Part shown: in pieces, positions 39,971 to 53,961 of the stretch
Layout of the letters: every line of letters begins with the position of its first letter
Numbering within the stretch: the stretch's first letter is position 1
Assembly (NCBI GenBank): GCA_023213395.1
Contig: CM041465.1
Coordinates: 123,697,741-123,761,740 of the forward strand
Length of the DNA stretch: 64,000 nt
Direction of reading: 5' to 3'
Origin: Cycas panzhihuaensis
Taxonomy: Eukaryota > Plantae > Cycadophyta
The notes under the pieces: model-generated
What the model was told of the DNA's origin: nothing
The model's database searches: none
Seen by the model: only the letters and a program-made list of their open reading frames with translations
Program-made: the position numbers and the translations under genes

Positions 39971-40320
39971 TTATATGGCTACTTATCAGATTATTTAGAC
40001 AAAACAACATTTTTTTTATGGTTGACCTTGAAATGTGTATCAACACTCTCATAGTGCTATCTATATTTTCATGAATTCATTGATCCTAATGTTCATCAGC
40101 ACCAACACCCTCAATTATTTGCTCCCCTTCCATTATTTTCATTGTGTTCTTTGGATCTTTGACATTAACACTAATTATTCCCCTTCCATAGTTTTCATTG
40201 TGTTCTTTGGATCTTTGACACTAACACTTTAAATTTATCATTCATTCTAGAATACTTATTTTCTAAGTGCGGTAGGCAGGGTTCTACTAATTTTAACTCC
40301 ATCTTTAAGAATTTGTCACA
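39971..40320 (+). repeat. Probable remainder of the Copia-1 3' LTR
   Basis: Inferred from the TTATA TSD linking it to 1489-1533. The right boundary is a guess (a CA at 40319-40320). Confidence 0.35.
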
Positions 40321-41190
40321 AATTTAGTTGAAAATTTATTTACCAACACATAATGATAGTGGAATGCTTTACGGCATGTTTATTAGGGTATTTGTATGGA
40401 TGTTGTAATTTAAAACATCGCTAGAATCTTTCAAAACTATTTAGATCCATAATGTGAAGTTTGTCATTGAAAATAGCTTAAATCTTCCTTCAAATTTGCC
40501 TAGACACTTGTACTACAATGTTGGGACACTTTTACCCTTGAGATATTCGAAAAAATAAAAAATCTCTACTAAAAACTAAACTTATATATTGATTTTTTTG
40601 TCAAATTATTCATAGTTGTGTTCCTCAATGAGACACTTCTACGTCAATCACTTAGCTACTCACCAACACTTTTGACTATACATCTGAAGATTTATTTTTT
40701 TTTAACTCAAATTTTTACTCTTTTATTTATTTATTTACTTTTTTAACTCTTATTGTTTTATATCAAATTTTTTAAGATTCCATTATTGATACACATAAGT
40801 TTTCTGAATATTATTTAGTGTGGCTTATATCAAATGTCAAGTTATGAGTAGTTATTTTTACATATCAAGGCATAATCATTTTCTTGATACCAAAACAACT
40901 TTGATTGCCCTCAACTTCTAGCAACACATTCATAGAACAATTATAGATTTCTCAAGTGATTCTATTTACCCTAATGATGATGCAATTTTAATTTATTGCC
41001 ATTGATCAATTTTGGCAACACTTGTTTTGTCATCCAATTTTCTCAATTGAACTAAACCATTTGGAAATATTTATTAGATTATGTAAGGAGTTAACTAACA
41101 CATCTTTAGTTTTCTTGGGTTGGTTCTAAACTTTTTGCCATACAATAATACTTCATCATTTTTCAAAATTGTAGTGATCAAAAATAGCAA

Positions 41191-44100
41191 TGGATATAAA
41201 ATCACTTGCAAGTTCCAAATTTGACTGGTCAACTTGGTAGAGTTATAACATTTGTTTTAGGTATCCATTTAAGCCATTTAAAAAAAAAAAAAACGTAACT
41301 CTTTAAAAAATGCACATTTTGGTATAATTGATAATGCTAATTATTGCTTTATTCACAATTTTTTTTAGCCCAAAAGAAATCACCTAAGAGTCCAAAATAG
41401 TATTTTATGGTTATTTATCATTTTCATAACACTTTATGGGCATTATTTTTCTTAGTTAGGAGATTAGTTTTATTTATGTTCCTATAGTCCTCATGGTATG
41501 TTTAACTATCCATTGGTCAATTTTTGTGCAATTTATAAAACTTTCAAAAGCTTGCTAAAAATAGAAAGTTTTAGATTTAAAAGCCTTTCACTCCGAGTTA
41601 GTTTTTTAATTTTAGAATATGTTTGTTAAAAACTTTTGAGTGGCCAAAGGCCTCAACTTTAAAAACTTATGTATTGTAAAAATTCTTTTTTTTTTTTAGT
41701 TTAACAATTTTTGAAATGAAAAGCTAAAAATTTCACAAAAATAAGTTCTTGTGAAGTTTAGTTCTATTTTCTTTCAGGAGAAAGTTTTTCTTTGAATGCA
41801 TAGATTATTGAAGGAATCTCCACCTTGCCATCTAGTATTAGAGCATGCTTCAACTCTAGAAGGAAAGGAAAAGGAAGTTCACAACAAATTATTAGTGAGT
41901 TTTGTGTTTACCTTCTTAAATATATTTGAAAATTACTAGACGCAGATTGAGAGTGTTTGATGAAGGAAATTAAACAGTTTGATAGACAAAATAACAAGAA
42001 GAGGGAAAGCACAAATGAACAAGCATATACAAAAGCTTCAAAGATGGGACGAAGAGCTTGCAAAGGTGGAGTTGAAACTCACAAAATTTCTTGGGTGAAG
42101 AAAGAGAGTGAGGTGGCAGTAGATAAAAAGTGTTTAATAAAGTTTACCATTGGGCAAACATATCACGATGAAGTATGGTGCAATGTTCTCCCAATAGATG
42201 CATGCCATATACTATTAGGGAGACTATGGTAATATAATAAGAATGCTTATCATGATGGGAGAAAGAATACTTACATCTTTTGAAAGGATGGTGTGAAGGT
42301 TGGATTACTACTTATTAAGGAAAAAGGATAGACAAAGACTATGTTAACTACAAAAGAGTTCTTGAGGGAAATAAGGGAGATAGGGGCTTATTATGGCTTA
42401 GTGATGAATTGGGTGAAAAACAGTAGTAAACTAACACTGATATCATAACAAGTGGCAGAACTATTACAAGAATATATTGATATCAAGTCTAACAAACTAG
42501 TAAAGAATTTACCACCAAAGAGAGGCATCCAACATTAGATTGACTTGATTCCAGAGTTTGCACTACCAAATCAAACTACATTCAGGCTAAGCCCTAAGAA
42601 AAATTAAGAATTATGTTGACAGATTAGTGAATTAATAAAAAATTAGATGGTAAGAGAAAGTATGAGTCCATATGCCACTCCTGCACTCCTAAATCTCCAA
42701 AAAAAGATGGCTCTTAAAGAATGTGTGTTGATTGCAAGGCGATCAACAAAATCGTAATCAAGTATAATTTTCCAATGCCTTGAATGGATGATATGTCAAA
42801 TATTTTGGCAGATACATCCTACTTCACCAAAATAGACCTAAAAAGTGGTTATTACCATATTCAAATTCAAGAAAGGGATGAATGGAAGATAGCCTTCAAA
42901 ATGAGAGATGGGTTGTATGAGTGACCAGTCATGCCATTCAAGATGTCAAATGCCCCAAGTACATTCTTGAGGTTAACGAACATCACATTGCGACCATATA
43001 TTGGTAAGTTTGTAGTTGTTTATTTTGATATACAGTTGAACTAACAGGAAGTACCTATTGCACCCAAAGATAATGTTAGATGTGTTGAGAGTAAAGAAGT
43101 TGTATGTGAACTTAAAGAAATGCAAGTTTATGTAGAGTAGCCTAATATATTTGAGATTTGTAATATCTCAGAATGGGTTGAATATAGATGATGAGAAAAT
43201 TAAAGCCATCATTGAATGCCCTACACTCAACAATGTAATAGAGGTGAGAAGCTTCCATGGTTTAGTTGCATTTTACAGGAAATTCATCAAAATTTTCAAT
43301 GGTATCATTACTCCCTTAGCAAATTATACTAAGATAAAAGAGTTTGTTTAGAACGACACAGTAGACCAAAGCTTCAAGTTGATGAAGTAAAAGGTGATAA
43401 AGGCACTTGTATTGGCCTTACTAAATTTTAGAAGATATGAGGTAAATTACAATGCATCACATGTAGCTATGGGGACCGTGTTAAGTCAAGAAGGAAGGCC
43501 AACAATACATTATAGTAAAAAGTTGAATGAGGCAATAAAAAAGTACACCTATAGCATAGAGTTATATATTGTTATGTAAGAATTAAGGCAATGGTGACAC
43601 TATCTTATGCTCAAAGGACTTTATCTATTTATAGACCACTAAATATTAAGATATGTGAACACAAAAGAAGTTGAATATTAAACAAGCAAAATGAGTATCA
43701 TATCTCTTCAAAGATTTACTTTCACCTTGAAACACAAATCAAAAAAACAAAATCAAGTTACTAGCATATTAAGCAAAAGAGTAGCACTAATAACCACTAT
43801 GGTAAGTAAAATGGTTGGGTATGTGATGCTTTAAAAGATTTATATACTATAGTAAGTAAAATGGTTGGGTCTATGATGCTTTAAAAGATTTATATACTAT
43901 GGTAAGTAAAATGGTTGGGTCTGATGCTTTAAAAGATTTATATAATAATTTTAGTAGAGTTGTGGAACATTGAAAACATTTCTTAACTAATGGAAGTGGA
44001 TCCAAGTATGACACTTATTTTATGTAAGATGGATATATGTTGAAAGGAAAACAACTATATGTTCTAGTTGGGTCCATGGGGTACAACATTATACGATAAT

Positions 44101-46015
44101 TGGATAGTGGAGGATTTAGAGGATACTGTTATAAACAAAACCATAACCTTGGTGGAGAAAAAATATTTTTAGCCAAAGATGACACAAGACACTGCAAAAT
44201 ATACGGCAACATGCAAAATTTAACAAATAGCTAAGGGACATGCATAAAACATTGTACTATATATACCATTACCAGTTCCAGAGAGACCACAGATAGATTT
44301 GACTATGGATTTTCTATTGAGGCTGCCTAATACCCAATAAGATAATGATTCCATATTTATTATTGTTGATAAATTTTTAAAAATGGCTTATTTTATTGCA
44401 TGTAGAAAGACTAATGATGTAACAAAAATAATAGATTTATTTTTCAAAATTGTTACTAGGTTGCATAGAGTGTTGAAAACCATCACTCCAGACAAGAATA
44501 CCAAATTTCTAAATCATTTTTAAAAAATATTATAGAAGAAATTAGGAACAAAGCTACAATTCAATAATACTTACCACCCATAAACTAATGGATAGATAAA
44601 ATGGTAAATAAAAGTTTGGAAAACCTATTGACGTGTATTATTGAAGAGAAACCTAAGTAGTGGGATTTGGCTCTAGCACAAACTAAATTTACCTATAACA
44701 ACTCTAAACAAATCCATAAATAAGCCATCTTTCCAAATTATATATAGCAAGAATTCTATAGGAATATTAGATTTAACCCACTTACCCATTGGTAACAAGC
44801 TAAGCGATGATGTAGAAGCCTTTGTAGATGTAGCAAGTGCATGATAAAGTGAGGAGAAAATTGCAAAATAACAATGCTAAGACATCAACTAATTTGAGTA
44901 GGAGAATAAGGTATTTGCTGGAGAGAATTTGGTGATTGTGTACTTGAGAAAGAATAGATTTTCTCAAAGTACATATAACCAACTGAAATATAAGAAGATA
45001 GACACTTACAAAATTACAAAAAATTACAAATGATAATGCTTATGAGATAAATTTACCCTATAACCTTGGCATTTCAATTGTGTTCAATGTTTCTAATTTA
45101 TATGCTTTTCATAAAGGACAAGATAAATCAAAGTAAGTGTTGGAAACCACAAATACCAAAAAAAAGGAGGGAAGAAATTGAATATGCACTGAACAAGAAA
45201 GCAGTTTACAATAGGCAAGGCAAATATGACAAGTGTTTAATTCAATAGAAGGGGCTACAATAAGAGGATAATACTTAAATTTCTGAAAGTGAATTAAAGA
45301 AACTCAATATAGTTAAGCGACAAAAATTCTAGCATAGCAACTTGCAAAAACTAAGTTCCTTTCAAGTGGGGAGAATGATGCAAAAGCACCTGCAAGTTCC
45401 AAATTCGAATAGTTAGCTTGTCGTAATTATAACTTTTAATCTAAGTGTTTACTTATGCCTTATTTTTTTAAATCATAACTCTTTAAAAACAACACCTCAT
45501 GGTATAATCGGCGATGTCGATTGCCATCTCGTTTGAAAATTTTTTAAACCAAAAAAATTATCTAACATCCAAAATGGTATTCTACGATTATCTATCACTT
45601 TTATAACACCTTGCTGGCATTATTTTTCTTAGTTAGGAAACTAGTTTTATTTATGTCCCTATGAAACTTGTGGCATGTTTAATTACCCATGAGTTAGTTT
45701 TTGTGCAATTTGGAGAATTTTCAAAAACTTACTAAAAATAAAAAAATTTAGATTTAGAATTGTTTTTGCTCCAAATCAATTTCTTAATTTTAAAGAATAG
45801 GATTTTTAGGTGGTCAAAGCTCTCGAATTTGAAAACTTGTATACTCTAAAAATTCAAATTTTTTTCATTTTTTCTTTTTTAATTTAAAAACTTTTAAAAT
45901 GAAAATTTAGAAATTTAACAAGAAGGAGTTCTTATGAAATTTGATTTTGTTTTCTTTTGGAAGAGAATTTATTTATTTTGATGCATATATTATTAAAGGA
46001 ATCACCACCCCACCA
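41191..46015 (+). mobile_element. Gypsy-2: CRM-like Ty3/Gypsy, gag deleted, with chromodomain-like C-terminus
   Basis: Diverged LTRs ~41191-41830 and 45376-46015. Degenerate PBS TAGTATTAGAGC at ~41833. PPT AAGTGGGGAGAA at 45364. YHDEVWCNVLPIDACHILLGR, DLKSGYYHI, EVRSFHGL and integrase remnants. Degenerate TSD GCAAT/GTACT. Confidence 0.85.
43796..43945 (+). repeat. ~50-bp tandem triplication in Gypsy-2 pol
   Basis: ACTATGGTAAGTAAAATGGTTGGGT..TGATGCTTTAAAAGATTTATAT repeated three times. Confidence 0.9.
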
Positions 46016-47725
46016 GTACTTGTGTCATATTTTTTAACAAATTTTCTTAATAATCTACATCCAATTTACTGTGTGCCTTATTTCTTCTAGTTGAATTAGC
46101 TGAAATAACCTTTCGAAGTGATTCATCATCTTCCAAATGGCGAGGAAGGGCTATGCGGAGGCTTAAGATCTCAAATTCGAAGAGAATAATGGCCTTGAGT
46201 GCATGCACTAGTTGAAAGAAAATTTGTTCAATAGCTTGTTTACGGGTTGTATAAATTGCCTATAATATGAAAGATATTTTCTCTACTCAATGTGATCAAC
46301 TAATATCACATATCTTTCATAGACAATTCTCAATAATCTTATTCAAACTCTCAACTTAGCCATTTGCTTGTCTATAGTATGGGGTTGATTTCCAATGGTT
46401 TATCATAAAGGTTGTGTAAGCACCTTAATGACATCGTTGAGAAAACGGAAGCCTTAACCACTTACTAATTCTAATGGGCAACCAAATCTTTTAATGATCA
46501 CTTCATATAGAAATTATGTTATATTTTAGATATCAACATTCTTAAGTGGCCTTGTTTCCACCCATTTAGTTGCATAATCAATGGTGACCAATATATAACC
46601 TACTTTGGATTTTTTTCAATTAAACATATAGAACTAACAAAATCGATTCCTACTTCCTATATAGAGCTTGGGATAGAATCAGGTTAAGAGGTTGGAAACC
46701 TTGGCTACAGGGTTTCCCTATCCACTAACAGTAATTATATGGTTTCACCCAATTCCATGTATTGTTGAATAATGTTGCCCACCATAACCCAACATTTAAT
46801 ATTTTGCAATAAGTGGCTTTTCTACTCACATGTCCACCAACCACCCCTTGATGTGTCAGAGATATAACTTGTTCCACTTCATAAGGTGTTATGCAACGCT
46901 TCAAAACATTGTTTAGGCCAAGTTAATAGAGCTCTCCTTCAATAGACCGGTAAGGTTATACTTTTCTTACCGAGTGCCATTTCTCTACTTCATCTAATCT
47001 CAATGGTAATTCATCAATTGACAAATATTCTAGAATACCTTCATACCATTCTGATGCAATTTCATCAATTTTGAGCAAATAAGCTTCGAAAAAGTTATCC
47101 CAAACCCTAACTGCCTTTTTACCATTGTTAATCCATGGTAATCGATCCAAGATCATGTGCACTTTTTTAAATTTAACCATAATTTTAAATGTAAATTCTT
47201 AGAAAAGCATTAGCCACTTGTTGATTCTTCCTAAAAGTAATAGCTTGTTAAGTATAACAGATGTTAACAATCTACCTTAAATACAAATAAGTTTGACAAT
47301 AAATAATGTTGAAATTTCTATAATGCATATACCATCCGTAATCCTTCCTATTTCATAACAATATAATTTTGTTCTACTAAGGTCACTTTTCTACAAATGA
47401 ATGTAATTGGGTGATTGATGTTTTACTCTCAATACTAGGCTAATAATACCCAATTATGAATTGAGAAGCATTCACATAGACATAAAATATCTTATTCCAA
47501 TCAAAAAATCATAAAATAGTTGTTGTTGCCACTGCTTTCTTTAAGGCTTCAAATACCATTTATTGCTTGCCTTCCCACTCCTATGTAATATATTTTTAAG
47601 CAAATCTTCTAAGGGTTTTAAGATGTGGACATATCCCTTCATTAATCTTTAATAGTGACTAGTTAATCCTAAAAACCCCTTCAACTATTTCCTGGTAAGG
47701 GAAATGGGAAACTTGAGTATTATAA

Positions 47726-47884
47726 ACACTTTTCACAGGTTAATAAGCCTTCCTTACTGACCATATAACCTAGAAAATTTCTAAATGGCACTATAAAAGT
47801 ACACTTTTCACAGGTTAATAAGCCTTCCTTACTGACCATATAACCTAGAAAATTTCTAAATGGCACTATAAAAGTACACTTTTC
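47726..47884. repeat. Perfect 75-bp tandem duplication in Gypsy-3 RT
   Basis: The unit starting ACACTTTTCACAGG at 47726 and 47801 is identical, and ACACTTTTC recurs at 47876. Confidence 0.92.
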
Positions 47885-50800
47885 TAGGTTTAGACATAAC
47901 TTGTTCTCCCAACATGCCTATAGCATCTCTTGAACATTTTTGAATGATTCTTAATTACTTAATATAATGTTTAATCATTAAAAAGTATAGCCACTTTTAT
48001 AACAATCATTTTTCAAAGATGTTAAGAATTATACATTGAAAAGTAGTTGGGGCATTTGTTAACTCAAATGTCATCACTTTATGTGTATGTGCCCCATTCA
48101 ATAAGAATATTATTTTGCTTGGCTTTCAAGTGTAATTTGTACTCAATTATACCCACTAAATCCATTTGTAGAAGAATAGACTTCACTCCCTCCTATTTCC
48201 AAAACATTTTCTATAAAAGGAATAGAAAATAAATCATTTTTTATCATCTTAATCAATTTAAAATAGTCAACATATACTCAAATTTTTCTTTGATACCACT
48301 ACCACTAAGCTAACCCAATCACTATATTCTACTTCCTAGATATAACCTACTTCTAACATTTTGTCTATTTTCTTCATTCACATTTTTTTCATATTTTAGA
48401 TTTATTCTATAAGGTCTTTATTTGATTGGTTTATCTCCCTCAATTAAATCTATGTGATGTATTCCAATCTTTGGTGGAATGCCTTTCAAATATTTATAAA
48501 ACCAAGTGAATAGGTCTCTAAATTCTTTAGAAAATACCTGGGATTGAGCAATTATCCTTTCATCCCAATAATCACTAATTATTATGCTCTTTGAGTTTTC
48601 TTCAATCTCAATGTTTGTTCTTTTTTATTCATTTTAAACTCCTCAATCTATACTTGCTTCTCTTTATTGATTTTGTAACTAAGTGTTTACTCAACATTAT
48701 GATCTTCATAGTTTATCTCCAAATATTCTAGAAAAAAGTTATGAACTTCCTCCTCATCTTCCTCACTTTGTACCTCCATTGCCTCTTTCCATAGCATTGT
48801 TGTTACTAATAGTACCATATACTTGTGATTCTTTACTTCCATAGTTAACTTTTTTTATGTATACTAAGATTTTGCAACTTGTGTCATTAAATATGTAGGA
48901 GATCGTTTTCGAGAACAAGTTTTTCAACTCATCCCATGAATCTTCTCTTATATGTTCCTTTCATAACAACCAATTTTGGCATGTTTTCCCTAGTGTATGA
49001 TAAGAATAAATGAATCCAATCTATTTTAGGTATGCTCTAGGATTTATAAAAAGTTCTACATCACTTAAGATATCATTATGGGCAATCTCTCACAGAGAAT
49101 GTTGGGATCTCACCTAGGTTTTTATTATCAAACTATAATTAGAATGCATGTAAATTTCTAACCAATTCTAAAGTTTATGTTGGTGGATTATATGTCACCA
49201 TCAAGTTGGTCCCTCAAAAGTTTCCACGAAATAAATTATCCACTGATATCAATCCAATACTCAATACTCCATGTATTAGATAGGGTGGTGAGTTACATCG
49301 CCAACCATTCTAAGAAATGGAGATATAACATCCCTACTAATAACAAAGCCTCGTTTGTATCACTACAAAGTATGTTAATCTTACAACCAAAGGGTGGAGT
49401 CTTAAGGATGAAGAAGATAGGGGATGTTAGGGTTAGTTTCCCTAAAGGGAAGAGGAGCGAAACTAGGATTACTAATCACAAAGAGCGATTGGGAATATCA
49501 CTAGAATAAGAAGCCCTAAAAGGAGATTTAGGGGAACTAGGGTTAGAAACCCCAAGAGAAGGGAGAGGTAATTAAATTGGAATAGGGCTTTAACTTGTAC
49601 TTAGTTCATAGAAAAGTGGAGACTTGGGGTTCAAGATAGGCTTATTATAAGGTTCCATCCTTTGGGGGGGGCGGGATTCAGGAATTGGATTAGAGTTCGG
49701 GTTGGAGATAAGATAAAAATTATTCTCAATTAAATTATCATTTTGTTCATCCTTTATAGATTCACATTCATTTTCCCTACTTTCCTTTTCTTGTCCTAAT
49801 ATTATATCTAGGTTCCTATGTAAATAATCACTATCCACACTACCAATTATACTATCTAAAGTGTAACACCATTATCATTACTACTAGCAACACTCGTATA
49901 ATTAGGATCATTGTTATTTATTATATTATCATGATCATAGTTTTTAAACATTGATGAGCAACAAAAAATAGGGTTAACCTACCTCATAAACCCCTTGTAA
50001 CCAATTTTGTATAAAATTTCAAGTTTCACCTCCATCATAATCCAATTCAAGGTGAAATTCACCAAAGCCATCTAGTTCATCTTCATATGGGATGTTCATT
50101 ATCATTGGCTCTCCCATTGCTTGATATATGTTCTCATTAATTAAGGACATGGTGCTTTGATTAGCAATTGCTATGTTGGAGACACCATTTAATATCACTT
50201 CAACTATGCTCTTAACTTTACCCAACATAGGTTAAGTGTCCACCTCCTCTTGCCATAGTGTAAATGCTCTATTCTTCTAGTCTTGGAGGAGTTCTATTTT
50301 ATAGAGCTAGAGTCTTTTAAGTAGGGCAAGATATGACACCCACCCTTTAGTTGATTTTAACACTGTGAATTCCATTGGCACCATATTTATTTCAACATTT
50401 ATCACTTTGCCAAATGGTAATATTTGAAATTTGTTAGCCAATTTGAACAAATATGAGACTAGTTGCATGCTTAGGCTTCCCAAGCACTTCCATGCTTATA
50501 ACAATAACAAGTTCACAACCACTCCACTGTCAACAATCACGTTCTCAAAGGCTTCTCCTAGAACCACCATCATTATGTTTGGGTCTTCATCAAATGAGAG
50601 CAATATACTTTGTCGATGTTTTAGATATACCCCTTGTGAAGTTTTTCACTTGTAACAATCCAACTTGATCCATATTATTACTTGAGTTAACAAAGTTGTT
50701 AATTGTAATTGCTTGGCTAAACTATCCATTAATACCAACATCTTAGGAATGTCTTTTATAAGTATATTTTGAAATTATCGACCACAATCCCTAAGGTTAT

Positions 50801-53433
50801 GAGGTTGATGTCACTTCTTCAAGCCTTTGTTTCCCTCCTCTTTGATATACACTCCTAATTTCTAGTTGAGGTGATTATTGTCTATTTGCTTTTACTTTCT
50901 TTGCAAATTGTTCTAATGTCTACTTTGATTTTGCAAAGCGATCTAAGTCTACCCTTGGATTTGGGTAATCTGACTAAGCTTCCCTCTATTTAATTTACAG
51001 CATACTCCTTACTTGCAAATTTTGAGATTTAGTTGTTTTAGGTATCAATGTTATTAAATTGGCAACATTTTATGTTAAATGGGCAATTGGTAGGCTCATG
51101 AGTGCATAGCCCACATTTAAGGCATATGTATGCACCATTATCTCCAAATCTTTTGTATGGAATTTTCAACCTTCAATGTGCAAATTCCAATCAAAACAAG
51201 CATACACTTACAAGTCCTTTCTTTTTTAACTTCTTCTCCTCTCTCTGTAGTTATCTTTGTATTATACATAAATCAGGAGTCCTCCCTTTTCTCGACCTCT
51301 ACCCCAAGCATTCCTCCCGCTAGAGTTACTATAGCAATCTTTAATTGTATGGTTGTTTATGTCACTTTTGTTCTTTCTTCGTATTTTTTGGGCTATTGAA
51401 ACATTCATTTATAGTATGAGAATTTGCATCACAAATGTGACACCATTTTCAATCCTTTATTGCCTTATTCTTATGATTGGGGCATCATTCAATGCTATTG
51501 TTTCTTTTGCATATATATGACACCATATTAATTCAAGGCACTAAGTAGTTGTTCTATTACTACTTGATTTATTTTCCATAGGTTTTTTCTTCTTTTCTTG
51601 TAGTTTCAATTTTAAAGTATCTTCCTTTAACTTCTCAATTTCTATCGTCTCTTTTTTCATCATTGTTTTACATGCCTTCTATGCTCTTAATTTCTTCATG
51701 TAACATCCTTAGTACATTGTCTTGCATGCTCAATTCCTCTGAGTTGAGCTCCTTTTCAAATGTAATAGCCAATTCCTTTGCCTTTGCAAATGATTTAGTA
51801 AGCCATTATTTTAATGCATTCCTTAATTGGGGTTGCAATCCACTCATGAAATAGATTTTTAATAAGAAATCTGGCAACTCCTCCCCACTAGCAATATTAG
51901 ACATTATAACATACACCTTGAATAGTCAAGTAATGATTCTCCTAACCACTGTTTATGATTTCTTAATACATACAAAATAGCCTCGTTACTCTATAATTTC
52001 TAAAATCTCATCTAAAAAGCATTACAAATTTCTTGCCACATTTTTGCAACTACATCCAATTCTTCATGCCACACCAATGACACTCCACTTAATTTATAAA
52101 CAAATCTCCCTCTGATATCCTCAATAATAATGTTTATTACTTTAATCATATTTTCAAGTAAGTACAAATACTCTATTGCATTTGTAGTCCTATCAAATTT
52201 TAGATGGTTGAATGCACTTTCAACAAGAGGACGCCATCTTGGGAGGTGTTTGTAGTGTCAATACCCTTTCTCTTGTTATGTCAACTTTAGATGACAACCC
52301 CTCCTTTAGTTTTCTCTCTTCCCTCTCCTTAAGGAAGAGGATTGCTTATAAGGGCTTTCACTTGAATAATTCCTTCTACCCTTAGAATTTGAATTGCTAA
52401 TAGTGTTTTTAATCACAAATGAACTCAACTTATGTATTGAATAATTTAATAGTAAATTAGCTTTCCAAATTTACCTCAAAACCACTTTCTACCTCTTCTT
52501 CATAACTACTCGTTCTCTTCAAGCTTTTTTCCAAATAAAACTTCACTTCTTATCAAAATCCCTTTTGGTTTAGATATGTCTACCATAGTTTCCTCTACGA
52601 TAGTGTCTTCTCCACTCAAAATTGTTTGGGATGTTACCATTCACTCCCTTCTAACTTCTTAATGAACTTCTCCTTAGTCCTTCTTGGTTGTGTGCTTATA
52701 AACTTAACTTATTTTCCTCATCATTCCCAAAAATGTCCCTAACCATCTTGGATCCAAATCCATTACATCCAAGTGGGGCCTATTCAATTGAATTCAACTT
52801 AAAAAACTAGAACTATAAAGTGTAAAGGTGCCATGAAAGTAAGGGCACGAACAATAATGATAGCTATACATATCTATAGTAGAGACCTTATTAAAGTAAC
52901 TAGAGGTTAAACAATATTATTGTTATCAAACTAGTAATTGTTTCCTCGATTGCTAAAACTACATAGTCTACATCAAGGTCTAGCATCGTTCATAAAGTGT
53001 TTTCCAAAATAATCAATCTCAAGTCTACAATACTTCCCTAACAAGACAAGGTGTAGAAAAAATGGATTTGGCATGGTGGGCCAAGAGGTCCCCTAAAATG
53101 TGCCAAAACTATTCAAAAAAGAAAGGGAAAAAAAAAAAACTCGACACTTAAAGAAATATACTAAAGAACATACTTCGTTTCGTTTAAAATAGAATACTCT
53201 TGGAGCATAAAAATATGCTCATTTAAATTTATTTTTCACAACCTTAAGAAACATAAAGGAGAAAATCAATTGACTTCCTGCTTGAGAATATCGCTAGACA
53301 GTTCGTGAGAGGCAGTGTAAATTATATATAATGGTGATTCCTACATTTAGAAGTTGCAATTTCGAGTTGATTGAGCATGTCACAAGTGCGAATCAAATGT
53401 AGCAACAATGCCTGCCTAGAATCCATTACTCAC

Positions 53434-53583
53434 CATCTTTGCTAATGAACCCCATCTTCTTATATTCAGATTATAATCTGCATGTGTGGAGATTTTTCCA
53501 AGGTGCCGAAACAAGCCAAAAGGTGCAATGGAGCGTGCAGACACAAGTCTGAAAGTCACATCTGAGCAAACTTTGGAAGACAT
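53434..53583 (-). CDS. Candidate first coding exon (50 aa, transit-peptide-like) of an unidentified host gene
   Basis: A-rich context before ATG, then open MSSKVCSDVTFRLVSARSIAPFGLFRHLGKISTHADYNLNIRRWGSLAKM ending at a consensus donor ATG|GTGAGT. A (CT)n tract and CpG-rich DNA lie upstream. No homolog recognised. Confidence 0.4.
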
Positions 53584-53961
53584 CTTCTTTTTTTTCTTGA
53601 GAGTTTTGCCTTCTGAATTCAGTGTTTATTTAAAACAGCATGGACACATGAAAAAGTAGAAGAACTAGGGCACGCAAAACCTGGCACTGCTGTTTTGTTC
53701 GAAAGAAATTCTACGTTTTGAAGAGAAAATAATAATAATAGTAATAATAGAGAGAGAGAGAGAGAATATGCAAGGGCTGTGCACAATCTTGTGCATTACT
53801 ATTTTCTATTTTCAATTGGCGCCTTCGCATCGTTGCCAGGCGAAACAGTCGCCATGGCGGAAGAAGCAGACAGAGTGGCGGGATGAATAGTCGACATGAC
53901 GGAAGAAGCAGAGACACAGTGGGCGTATATGTACGATTTTCTCTCCAAATTTCATTCAACA

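Larger units (their letters stand above)
40971..53110 (-). mobile_element. Gypsy-3: highly decayed non-chromovirus Ty3/Gypsy (Athila/Tat-like), split by Gypsy-2
   Basis: Minus-strand integrase core (RFGCPLELVS, YATKWVET at ~46300-46600), RT/RH remnants at ~47200-48550, and a protease region at ~50400-50600. The integrase GPY/F-type tail (VLLYGKKFRTNPRKLK...INGNKLK) continues at 40971-41190. A possible degenerate PBS TGGCACATTTTAGGGGA lies at ~53090-53106. LTRs not resolved. Confidence 0.75.
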
